Of a stretch of 64,000 nt of DNA, positions 47,336 to 56,821 are shown piece after piece (positions within the stretch are counted from its first letter, which is position 1; each line of letters starts with the position of its first letter). Both the position numbers and the translations under genes were made by a program. The notes beneath the pieces were generated by a model. It did not search any database. It was not told the origin of the DNA and saw only the letters and a program-made list of their open reading frames with translations. Origin of the DNA: an uncultured Clostridia bacterium (lineage in GTDB: Bacteria; Bacillota; Clostridia; Christensenellales; UBA1242). The stretch spans positions 6,197 to 70,196 of the forward strand of contig CALVNT010000038.1 in the NCBI GenBank assembly GCA_944349925.1, written 5' to 3'.

Positions 47336-47351
47336 TACTCACCTTTTTTGA

Positions 47352-47381
47352 TAGTATGAGTTAAACAAAACAAAATATGTA
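47352..47381 (-). promoter_or_regulatory. Possible forespore (SigG/SigF-type) promoter of the gerA-like operon
   Basis: The minus strand reads TACATA-17-CATACTA, about 10 nt upstream of the AAAGGTGAG RBS. The -10 element fits CATnnTA. Confidence 0.3.
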
Positions 47382-47508
47382 AAATTGTATTTTAGATAAA
47401 TAAAATTGACCGTTGCAAAATGAAATTTAACAACAAAAAAACTTGCCCCTTAGGCAAATTTCGCTAAATAAAAGCAATTTTTGTCGCATGGCAAGTTTTT
47501 TATTTGTA

Positions 47509-47781
47509 TTAGTTAAAAAGACCTTTAAAACTGTTTCCAAATTTGAAAGAAGGAACTTTTTGAGCTGGAATTTTAACCTTTTGTTTAGTTGAAGGGTTGA
47601 TTCCTTCTCTTGCTGGACGGCTTTTCACTTCATAAGTTCCAAATCCTGCAATTTGAATTTTTTCTCCTGATTTAAGTGCATCAATAATAGTTGATGCCAT
47701 AGCGTCAAAAGCAATTCCTGCGTCTTTTTGAGTAAAGTTTGCCTTATCTGCGAATGCTTTGATAAATTGTTGTTTGTTCAT
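47509..47781 (-). CDS. hup: DNA-binding protein HU
   Basis: 90 aa. GFGTYEVKSRPAREGINPSTKQKVKIPAQKVPSFKFG. Confidence 0.95.
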   Translation of the reverse strand: MNKQQFIKAFADKANFTQKDAGIAFDAMASTIIDALKSGEKIQIAGFGTYEVKSRPAREGINPSTKQKVKIPAQKVPSFKFGNSFKGLFN

Positions 47782-47859
47782 CTATCATTCTCCTTTTAAA
47801 ATATTTAGGTTTTAACCTATGCTAATGATATCACATTTCCCTTTAAATTCCAAACGATT

Positions 47860-48732
47860 TTAGCCTTTCCAAGCAAAATAATCAAGAAGTTTAGGCATAA
47901 AGTAACCAAATAAACCTTTAAGTTGATAATAAGCCCTAACGAAAAACAAATTTGACTCATAGCCATCAGCAATGATTTTAACTACTTTGCCAACCACCAT
48001 TTCGCTTTGTTTGACCGGACCATAATATCTTGCGTCGGAGCTATGCGCCCTGTTGTCACCTAAATAAAAGATTTCGTCTTCCCCCAGTTGATAAAACTTT
48101 ACATTTTGACCATTTACGGTTATAGTTGAAATTTTTGCAAAGTTGTAAAATTTGCCCTGTTGCCAAATATAATTTTGATAAAATTTTGCATCATACTCGA
48201 CACCTAAATAATTTATACTGTCTTCGCTTTCCCAATCGGGCAAGCCATTATCATTATATAAAATATAATCTTCTTTTAAAATTTCAATTTGTGTTGAATT
48301 GTTTTTAATTCTTACGACATAGTAGTGATATGAATTATTTTGCCCGTATGTTTTAATCAATGCTATCTTATCACCCTCAAAAGCCAAAACTCTTTTAATT
48401 ATGGTTTGATCAGAATTTGGCGAGTCTGGCTGTTTAATTATAATGATATCTCCATAATCAATCTCTGCGTCAAGATCCACAAGAGCGCCATCATGCCCTT
48501 CTTGTTGAGTTGTAATATTCGGGTTTAATGTTGGTTGCATTGACATTCCTGTTATTTTCAAAAATAAAAATTCAGAATAAAACCATATATAAATTGCCCC
48601 AAAAACTATCGCAAGCACGATAAAAGCAATGTACATACTCCTAAGGCATCTTTTTGTAAGTTTTGCACATCTTTCATCTTCAAAATACATATATTTTTTA
48701 TCTTCGTCGAATTGGAATTTCAATGTTAACAC
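47860..48732 (-). CDS. lepB: Signal peptidase I (S26) with a large insertion
   Basis: 290 aa. GMSMQPTL (Ser box), IIKRVLAFEGDKI (Lys box), LGDNRAHSSDARYYG. The GTG start is uncertain. Confidence 0.8.
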   Translation of the reverse strand: MLTLKFQFDEDKKYMYFEDERCAKLTKRCLRSMYIAFIVLAIVFGAIYIWFYSEFLFLKITGMSMQPTLNPNITTQQEGHDGALVDLDAEIDYGDIIIIKQPDSPNSDQTIIKRVLAFEGDKIALIKTYGQNNSYHYYVVRIKNNSTQIEILKEDYILYNDNGLPDWESEDSINYLGVEYDAKFYQNYIWQQGKFYNFAKISTITVNGQNVKFYQLGEDEIFYLGDNRAHSSDARYYGPVKQSEMVVGKVVKIIADGYESNLFFVRAYYQLKGLFGYFMPKLLDYFAWKG

Positions 48733-48778
48733 CTAAATTGTATTTTAATACATTTACCTTATCTTTCCAAACATTTTA

Positions 48779-49315
48779 CTATTTTTTATCCTTAGCAAAT
48801 TTGCAACCACAATAATTTTGTCTATATAGGTTATATTTTTTTGAAAATTCAATGCTTTTTTTATAACCATCTTGTTTTTTGTAATTTCCTTCTAAAAAAT
48901 CAATTTCTTCGTCAAAAGATATGCTTTTCCCAATCGCATTTATAATTTGCGCGTTTTTATGAGGAGAGACCGTCAATGTTGTTCCAAAAATGTCAAATCC
49001 ATTTTCTTTTGCTTTTTTAGCTGTTTTTAAAAGACGCAATTTAAAACAAACTGCACATCTGGCTCCACCCTCTTTTTCATTTTCTAGACCTTTGACTGCC
49101 GTCAAAAAATCTTCTGAATTATACCCGTCTTCTAAAACCGGAATACCCACAATTTGACAAAACCTTTTTTGCTCAGAAAGACGATGTAAGTATTCTTCTT
49201 CTGTGTCTATATTAGGATTATAATAATAAACAGTTATTTCATAATCATTTTTTAAATAATCTATAACTTGTGTCGAACATGGTCCGCAACAAGAATGAAG
49301 TAGGAGTTTTTTCAT
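48779..49315 (-). CDS. queH: Epoxyqueuosine reductase QueH (DUF208)
   Basis: 178 aa. LLLHSCCGPCST, CAVCF, YCGC. Confidence 0.8.
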   Translation of the reverse strand: MKKLLLHSCCGPCSTQVIDYLKNDYEITVYYYNPNIDTEEEYLHRLSEQKRFCQIVGIPVLEDGYNSEDFLTAVKGLENEKEGGARCAVCFKLRLLKTAKKAKENGFDIFGTTLTVSPHKNAQIINAIGKSISFDEEIDFLEGNYKKQDGYKKSIEFSKKYNLYRQNYCGCKFAKDKK

Positions 49316-49776
49316 CTTACACTCCTTAAAATTTTTATTACATCATCAAAAATTTTGTTTTTGTTTGCCATTTCCTTAACATTTTCACTTACATTAGAAA
49401 TTTGAAACATTAAACAGCCTAAACAATCACCACAATCAATAAAAGCTTGAACAAAGTAAACTAGTTTTTGATTAAACCCTTTTATTATATAGAAAGGAAA
49501 AAGATAGTCGCCTAATCTTATTTTGAAATTTCTGTATAATTCAAACTTTTGGCTTATCATTTTGTAGTCTTTACAAAATTTGTCATAACTATCAAAAAAG
49601 TCTTTATTCTGTCTATGTATTTCAAAAAAAGATATAACATCACCATTATTCGATAAATAGTTTTCTGTATTTATAAAACCTTGACCATTTGGCAAACTAT
49701 ACTTGTCGTTTGTCAAACTATAGTCATCAGGCAAAATAAAACTCATATTGTTTAAAGTTTCAAAAATTCTTTTCAT
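49312..49776 (-). CDS. Hypothetical protein
   Basis: Start placed at ATG 49776 (GGAG 6 nt upstream). No recognised motif. Contains a DCGDCLGC cluster. Confidence 0.5.
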   Translation of the reverse strand: MKRIFETLNNMSFILPDDYSLTNDKYSLPNGQGFINTENYLSNNGDVISFFEIHRQNKDFFDSYDKFCKDYKMISQKFELYRNFKIRLGDYLFPFYIIKGFNQKLVYFVQAFIDCGDCLGCLMFQISNVSENVKEMANKNKIFDDVIKILRSVR

Positions 49777-49841
49777 AAATGCTCCAGCATGATTATGCCA
49801 AAACAAACAATTTTTGTCAAGACTTTAAGACTTAGATTATT

Positions 49842-50174
49842 TTATAGACCTTGAACTGCATACAACATTATATCGTTAATGGACGAACTTGTAAGATAAT
49901 AAACTAAAATTTTACCCTCTCTTTTATAAGAAACAATCCCTTGATCCTTAAGAGTTTTAAGTTGGTGAGAAATAGTCGTTTGATTTATTCCAAGAATTGT
50001 AGAAAGGTCATTTACACACATGTTCATCATAGATAGGCAAGTCAAAATTTTAATGCGAGTCGAATCAGCAAAATTTTGGAAATAATCAGCAAGTTTTCTC
50101 GAAGCACTTTCGCCCGGCAGAGCTTGTGCAACCTCTCGCCTATTTTTTTCAGTCAAAAGAAGAAATCTATTCAT
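49842..50174 (-). CDS. ArsR/SmtB-family transcriptional regulator
   Basis: 110 aa. FADSTRIKILTCLSMMNMCVNDLSTILGINQTTISHQLKTLKDQGIV. Confidence 0.85.
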   Translation of the reverse strand: MNRFLLLTEKNRREVAQALPGESASRKLADYFQNFADSTRIKILTCLSMMNMCVNDLSTILGINQTTISHQLKTLKDQGIVSYKREGKILVYYLTSSSINDIMLYAVQGL

Positions 50175-50212
50175 ATTTCACTTCCTTTTATTAACATTTA
50201 TCGGCGGTCTTT

Positions 50213-50226
50213 CATAAATATTTATG
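50213..50226. promoter_or_regulatory. Perfect 14-bp palindrome, candidate ArsR operator
   Basis: cataaatatttatg lies 39 nt upstream of the ArsR start, in the divergent intergenic region. Confidence 0.3.
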
Positions 50227-50328
50227 GAAATTGCCTGTAACTATCTTTTGACAAATACAAAAGAAATAACAAAAAAGAAATATATACTTTTTTGTCATTA
50301 AACTAAGATTTTTGTAAAAGGAGGGATC

Positions 50329-50523
50329 ATGAACAGCACACAAAATATTCTGTTTGTTCTTTTGTTATCTGTCATAACTTCAGCAACAGACACGAACCTA
50401 AATACAAATACAAACTTTTTATTATTACTTCTCTTAGCATTAAATGGACAAAATTACTATTATAACAATAATTCTTGCACGCAAAACACTTGCCCAAATA
50501 ACGGAAATTCTTTCTTCTTTTAA
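50329..50523 (+). CDS. Small hydrophobic peptide with an Asn/Tyr/Cys-rich tail (64 aa); possibly YjcZ-like sporulation protein, otherwise unknown
   Basis: AAGGAGG RBS 5 nt upstream and its own terminator. ILFVLLLSVITSA...FLLLLLLALNGQNYYYNNNSCTQNTCPNNGNSFFF. Confidence 0.55.
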   Translation: MNSTQNILFVLLLSVITSATDTNLNTNTNFLLLLLLALNGQNYYYNNNSCTQNTCPNNGNSFFF

Positions 50524-50549
50524 AATTGCCTAAACGGGCAATTTTTTTA
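50524..50549 (+). terminator. Rho-independent terminator
   Basis: aattgcc-taaacg-ggcaatt followed by a T-run. Confidence 0.7.
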
Positions 50550-50782
50550 TTTATATTTTTATGTTAATTTAATTTTGTATTTTCAGTTTAATTTAATATT
50601 GAATAAAAAAAATCGATTTAATAAATAATTTTAAAAAAATAAGAAAAAATAAAATAGAAAAAATAAATAAAAAAATGAAAAATATTTGAAAAATTTGTCA
50701 AAATCATTTTGTAATTTATTTTTTTTGTGATATATTACTCTTGTAAATAAAAAATCAATCTCAATTTTAGGAGGAATTTATT

Positions 50783-51142
50783 ATGCAAAGTTTATTCGCT
50801 GCTGCAAGTTGGACAGAGTTTTTTGGAAATCTACAGGACAAGTTAGGATCAGATAAATATCAACTTCTTGCTGACCTATTTAATGTTTTGTCTATCGTTT
50901 TATGGGTTGTTTTAGGTATAGTCGCTGCTATAGGTGCAATCTATGCAATATACTTAGGTATTAGACTTGCAAGAGCTGAAGAGCAAGGTAAAAGAGATGA
51001 AGCAAAAAAACATTTAATTACTGTTGCAATTGCTGTAGGTGTTACAATTGTTTTGATCTTATTCTTCAACACATTCCTTCCAATGATTTTATCTGCATTC
51101 AATGTTGGATTGACAAATTATGTGCCTCCAGCTAAAGGATAA
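50783..51142 (+). CDS. Two-TM small membrane protein, VirB2/T4SS-pilin-like (paralog 1)
   Basis: 119 aa, AGGAGG RBS. SIVLWVVLGIVAAIGAIYAIYLGIRLARAEEQGKRDEAKKHLITVAIAVGVTIVLILF has TM1, a charged loop and TM2, as in Gram-positive T4SS pilin-like proteins. Confidence 0.45.
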   Translation: MQSLFAAASWTEFFGNLQDKLGSDKYQLLADLFNVLSIVLWVVLGIVAAIGAIYAIYLGIRLARAEEQGKRDEAKKHLITVAIAVGVTIVLILFFNTFLPMILSAFNVGLTNYVPPAKG

Positions 51143-51153
51143 AATTTCAATCG

Positions 51154-51186
51154 AAAAAAAACTTGCAGTTTTGCAAGTTTTTTTTA
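51154..51186 (+). terminator. Rho-independent terminator
   Basis: aaaaacttgca-gttt-tgcaagttttt followed by a T-run. Confidence 0.8.
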
Positions 51187-51273
51187 TTGCATGATAAAAA
51201 CTTTTTTAAATATGTTGTAAATTTTTTTTAAATATGTTAAGATTATTTTATAAAAATTTTCAAGGAGACAAAA

Positions 51274-51579
51274 ATGAAATTTCTATCACTTCTTGGTTAT
51301 CAATATTTAGGTTCACTATCTTGGCTTAATGATTTATATGCATCATTACCAATTATTTTATATACCATTTTAGCAGTTTTAGGCGGAGCTGGTACTGTAT
51401 ATGCCATTATTTTGGGAATAAATCTTGCTAAAAGCGAAAGTGAAGATGCAAGAAAAAATGCACAAAACAGAATTAAAAACACTATTGTCGGCGTAGTAGT
51501 TTTGCTTGCACTTGTTTTATTTATTACACTTGCAATCCCTGAAATTCTTCACGCCGCATATCCAGAACTTGTAGTTTAA
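51274..51579 (+). CDS. Two-TM small membrane protein, VirB2/T4SS-pilin-like (paralog 2)
   Basis: 101 aa, AAGGAG RBS. ILYTILAVLGGAGTVYAIILGINLAKSESEDARKNAQNRIKNTIVGVVVLLALVLF aligns with paralog 1 (YAI.LGI.LA...E...A......V...L.LF....P.IL). Confidence 0.45.
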   Translation: MKFLSLLGYQYLGSLSWLNDLYASLPIILYTILAVLGGAGTVYAIILGINLAKSESEDARKNAQNRIKNTIVGVVVLLALVLFITLAIPEILHAAYPELVV

Positions 51580-51636
51580 AAAACTAGAGCAAACAAAATA
51601 AAAAATTCATATATACTTGTGTAAAGGAGATAATCT

Positions 51637-52071
51637 ATGCACAAGTTTTTTTTAAAGCATAATATCTTATCAGAAAAAGAAGAAATAAATGGGGTAAATA
51701 ATATTTTTTGTCAAACGCTAAACAACAATTCAACTGCTATGCAAAAATTAAAAAATACAATTCAATCGTTATACAACTATTTGGTACTTGCTAAAGAAAA
51801 AGATGATTCGCAAATTGATGATCTTTGCAAAATTGAACTTTTAACTAGCAATTTATATTATTCTTTTTTTGCTTCCCCGCTTGAATTGCCTGAAAAGAAT
51901 TCTAACACCCTTATTTTTCGGGATTTAATTATAAACGCTTTGGAAGAGGCCAAAAATCTTATAGAAATTATAAATATCCCTGAGCAAAATAGAATAGCAT
52001 CAATAATATATATAAATCTTCAAAACATTTTAAATAAAATAAATAAAACATCATCTTCAATCAACAAATAA
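51637..52071 (+). CDS. Hypothetical, probably helical, protein
   Basis: 144 aa, AAAGGAG RBS. No recognised motif. Confidence 0.5.
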   Translation: MHKFFLKHNILSEKEEINGVNNIFCQTLNNNSTAMQKLKNTIQSLYNYLVLAKEKDDSQIDDLCKIELLTSNLYYSFFASPLELPEKNSNTLIFRDLIINALEEAKNLIEIINIPEQNRIASIIYINLQNILNKINKTSSSINK

Positions 52072-52190
52072 AATATTTATAAAATTTAATAGAAATTTAA
52101 AATTTACATATTTTTTATAAATTTTATTACCTTTTTTTTAATTGTAACATAAAATGCATTGGAGTGTTTAAACTCCATTGTGAGGATAAA

Positions 52191-53663
<1,473 letters not shown>

Positions 53664-53679
53664 TTGGTCTAAAAAAACG

Positions 53680-53708
53680 AGAAAGAGCTAAAAAGCTCTT
53701 TCTTTTTT
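53680..53708 (+). terminator. Rho-independent terminator of the collagen-like gene
   Basis: gaaagagc-taaaa-gctctttc followed by T6. Confidence 0.8.
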
Positions 53709-53740
53709 ATCAAATTGATTTATAAAACATTATATAATGA

Positions 53741-53769
53741 TTGACAAAAATCTATTATTTTGATAATAT
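53741..53769 (+). promoter_or_regulatory. SigA-type promoter TTGACA-17-TAATAT with TGn
   Basis: TTGACA at 53741-53746, TG at 53761-53762, TAATAT at 53764-53769. Confidence 0.5.
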
Positions 53770-53775
53770 TTACCT

Positions 53776-53808
53776 ATGGAAAATCAAAAAAACTTAGCAC
53801 TACTTTAA
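53776..53808 (+). CDS. Candidate 10-codon Leu-rich leader peptide (MENQKNLALL)
   Basis: Own translation. The ATG lies 7 nt after the -10 element, so translation would be leaderless or near-leaderless. Three of the last four sense codons are Leu (tta, cta, ctt). This call is speculative. Confidence 0.25.
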   Translation: MENQKNLALL

Positions 53809-53883
53809 ATTCGTGTCACTTTAATGTGGCACAAGTTTTGGTTGTGCTAAAAAATTACGAGCACAACCTATGCTCGTTTTTTT
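53794..53883 (+). promoter_or_regulatory. Candidate transcription attenuator in the leuS leader
   Basis: Mutually exclusive pairings. Region 1 ttagcac (53794-53800) pairs with region 2 gtgctaa (53844-53850). Region 2 ggttgtgct (53840-53848) pairs with region 3 agcacaacc (53860-53868). Region 3 gagca (53859-53863) pairs with region 4 tgctc (53871-53875), followed by g plus T7. Confidence 0.35.
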
Positions 53884-53898
53884 GTATGGGGAGAATTT

Positions 53899-56310
53899 AT
53901 GAAAGAATACAATACACATCAAATTGAAGAAAAATGGAAAAAGTACTGGGAAGAAAACCAAACTTTTAAAACAGATGTTTGGGATTTTTCTAAGCCAAAA
54001 TATTATGCGCTTGACATGTTCCCTTATCCGTCCGGTGCTGGCCTACATGTAGGTCACCCTGAAGGTTATACAGCCACCGACATAGTAAGCAGAATGAAAA
54101 GAATGCAGGGCTATAATGTTTTGCACCCAATGGGTTTTGACTCATTTGGCTTACCTGCTGAACAATATGCTATTTCAACAGGCAATCACCCTGCCGAGTT
54201 TACAAAAAACAATATAGATTTTTTCCGTTCACAACTTAAAAACTTGGGTTTATCTTTTGATTGGTCTAGAGAAATTTCAACTTGCGATCCTAAATATTAC
54301 AAATGGACACAATGGATTTTTAAAAAGTTATACGAAAAAGGGCTTGCTAAAAATGTTGAGATGCCAGTCAACTATTGCGAAGAACTCGGGTGCGTGCTTG
54401 CAAATGACGAAATTGTCGATGGTAAATCTGAAAGAGGTGGATACCCTGTTATAAAAAAGAACATGAAACAATGGGTTATTGATATGCCAAAATATGCTGA
54501 AAGACTGATTGAAGGATTAGATACAATAGATTGGCCTGAAAGCACAAAAACAATGCAAAAAAATTGGATTGGCAAATCTACTGGTGTTGAAGTAGATTTT
54601 GAAATTGTTGGTGGTGGCAGTTTCTCAATATTTACGACATGTATAGAGACAATATACGGCATAACATTTATGGTTCTTGCGCCAGAAAACACCTTAGTTG
54701 ATAAACTAAGAGATAGAATTAAAAATTGGAGCGATGTAGAAAAATATAGACAAGAAACAGCAAAACTTAGCGACCTTGAAAGAACTGAGTTAAACAAAGG
54801 AAAAACAGGAGTTAAACTCGAAGAAATTTTCGCTGTCAACCCTGTAAACAACAAAAAAGTTCCAATATTTTTAGGTGATTTTGTTTTGGCAAGTTATGGC
54901 ACGGGTGCTGTTATGGCGGTGCCAAGCCATGACCAAAGAGATTTTGAATATGCAATCGCCCATAATATTGAAATGATTCAAGTTATCTCTGGGCGTGATG
55001 TAACTAAAAGCGCCTTTGAAAAACAAGATTATCTTGGCAAAGGTTGCAAACTTGTAAATAGTGAAGAATTTTCTGGATTAACTGTAGAAGAAGCAAAATC
55101 TGCCATCACTGCCAAACTCATAAATATGGGTAAAGCAAGAGAAAAAGTAAATTATAGAATGCGTGAATGGATTTTTGCTAGGCAGCGTTATTGGGGCGAG
55201 CCAATACCAATCATATACAACGATGACGGCACTATTACTGCACTAAACGATGATGATTTGCCATTAGTTTTACCAATACTTGAAGATTACAAACCGACCA
55301 AAGAAGGAAAGAGCCCGCTTGCTAGAGATAAATCGTGGGTAAATGTCACTTATAAAGGCAAAAAAGGAAAAAGAGAAACTTCAACAATGCCCGGAAGTGC
55401 TGGATCTAGTTGGTATTTTTTAAGATATATTGACCCTTTTAACGATAAACAACTTGCAGACAAAAAATTATTACAGCACTGGATGCCTGTAGATTTGTAT
55501 GTAGGAGGCCCAGAGCACATCGGCGGACATTTATTGTATTCAAGAATGTGGAACAATTTTCTTTATGATGAAGGAATAGTTCCTGTAAAAGAGCCTTTCC
55601 AAAAACTAGTTCATCAAGGCATGATTTTAGGCGCAAATGGAATTAAAATGGGAAAAAGATATCCTGAATTCATTGTCAATCCAAATGATGTTATCGCAAA
55701 GTATGGCGCAGATACTTTAAGATTTTATGAAATGTTTATGGGGCCTCTTGAAATCTCTAAACCATGGGATAACAATGGAGTGGCTGGCTCAAGAAAATTC
55801 TTGGATAGAGTTTGGAAAATTTATCAAGAAAAACACATCTGTGATGTAGAAAATAAAAACTTAAAATTTATATACAATCAAACTGTTAAAAAAGTTACAG
55901 AAGATTTTGAAACTTTAAACTTTAATACAGCTATTTCTCAAATGATGGTCTTTATAAACGCAGTTTCGAAGGAAGAAATATTCCCAACGCAATATGCAGA
56001 AGGTTTTATTAAACTTCTAAATCCTGTTTGCCCGTTTATTACAGAAGAGATATGGCAAAATCTCGGACACAATAATACAATTTCATATGAAAAATGGCCA
56101 ACATACGACAAAAATGCGCTGATTGTTGACGAAATCGAAATTCCTGTTCAAATCAATGGCAAAGTTAAATCTAAAATTATGATAACCAACAACTTGAGCC
56201 AAGAAGAAATCGAAAATCTTGCAAAAAATAGCGTAAAAGATTTTATAAATGGTCAAGAAATCAAAAAATTTATTTATGTACCAAAGAGAATTTGCAATAT
56301 AATAATTTAA
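53899..56310 (+). CDS. leuS: Leucyl-tRNA synthetase
   Basis: 803 aa. FPYPSGAGLHVGHPEGY (HIGH motif), KMGKRY (KMSKS-type motif), and the CP1 editing domain. Confidence 0.97.
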   Translation: MKEYNTHQIEEKWKKYWEENQTFKTDVWDFSKPKYYALDMFPYPSGAGLHVGHPEGYTATDIVSRMKRMQGYNVLHPMGFDSFGLPAEQYAISTGNHPAEFTKNNIDFFRSQLKNLGLSFDWSREISTCDPKYYKWTQWIFKKLYEKGLAKNVEMPVNYCEELGCVLANDEIVDGKSERGGYPVIKKNMKQWVIDMPKYAERLIEGLDTIDWPESTKTMQKNWIGKSTGVEVDFEIVGGGSFSIFTTCIETIYGITFMVLAPENTLVDKLRDRIKNWSDVEKYRQETAKLSDLERTELNKGKTGVKLEEIFAVNPVNNKKVPIFLGDFVLASYGTGAVMAVPSHDQRDFEYAIAHNIEMIQVISGRDVTKSAFEKQDYLGKGCKLVNSEEFSGLTVEEAKSAITAKLINMGKAREKVNYRMREWIFARQRYWGEPIPIIYNDDGTITALNDDDLPLVLPILEDYKPTKEGKSPLARDKSWVNVTYKGKKGKRETSTMPGSAGSSWYFLRYIDPFNDKQLADKKLLQHWMPVDLYVGGPEHIGGHLLYSRMWNNFLYDEGIVPVKEPFQKLVHQGMILGANGIKMGKRYPEFIVNPNDVIAKYGADTLRFYEMFMGPLEISKPWDNNGVAGSRKFLDRVWKIYQEKHICDVENKNLKFIYNQTVKKVTEDFETLNFNTAISQMMVFINAVSKEEIFPTQYAEGFIKLLNPVCPFITEEIWQNLGHNNTISYEKWPTYDKNALIVDEIEIPVQINGKVKSKIMITNNLSQEEIENLAKNSVKDFINGQEIKKFIYVPKRICNIII

Positions 56311-56318
56311 TAAAATTG

Positions 56319-56359
56319 GCTTAGCAAATATTACTTGTCTAATTTTGCTAAGCTTTTTT
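56319..56359 (+). terminator. Rho-independent terminator of leuS
   Basis: 10-bp stem gcttagcaaa (56319-56328) / tttgctaagc (56344-56353) followed by T6. Confidence 0.8.
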
Positions 56360-56684
56360 AATAAACGCATTTTTATTTTAAAAAATCTTTATTTTAAATT
56401 ACCAAATTTTAATGAAAACAAATAAAATTTTTTAATTTAAACAAAATACAATTTAGAAGAAAAAGGAATCAAAATTGAACGTTTTTGAAAATTTTTTATA
56501 TTTTTTAACCGAAATACAAATGGCAAATTATATAATTGATTATAATTTATAACTATTTCTGATAATTAAATCTACAATTTTAACTATTCTTTTTAAAAAA
56601 AATCAACAAATTGATAAAATCATCACCACAAAAATTGTAAAAATACAAAAATAAAAAAGAATAGAGTAAAAATCAACAAAAAAA

Positions 56685-56713
56685 TTGAAAAATATTATAT
56701 TATATGATATAAT
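56685..56713 (+). promoter_or_regulatory. Near-consensus SigA promoter TTGAAA-17-TGaTATAAT
   Basis: TTGAAA at 56685-56690 and TATAAT at 56708-56713 with TG at 56705-56706. The tRNA starts 12 nt downstream. Confidence 0.7.
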
Positions 56714-56724
56714 ATTTTTTGTCT

Positions 56725-56815
56725 GGAGAGATGTCAGAGAGGCCGAATGAGACGGATTCGAAATCCGTTATACAACCTTGTTGTATCGGGGGTTCGACTC
56801 CCCCTCTCTCCGCCA
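56725..56815 (+). tRNA. tRNA-Ser (anticodon CGA), long variable arm, CCA encoded
   Basis: Acceptor stem ggagaga/tctctcc. Anticodon stem acgga/tccgt with loop ttCGAaa. Variable arm atacaaccttgttgtat. T-arm gggggttcgactccccc. Discriminator G followed by CCA. Confidence 0.9.
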
Positions 56816-56821
56816 AAAATG

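Noticed and set aside
53770-53898. Expected T-box riboswitch upstream of leuS.
   Set aside because: The leader is only about 130 nt. I could not find the conserved T-box sequence, a Stem I with K-turn and specifier loop, or a UGGN bulge in an antiterminator. It is reported instead as a candidate peptide-mediated attenuator. A covariance-model search is needed to be sure.
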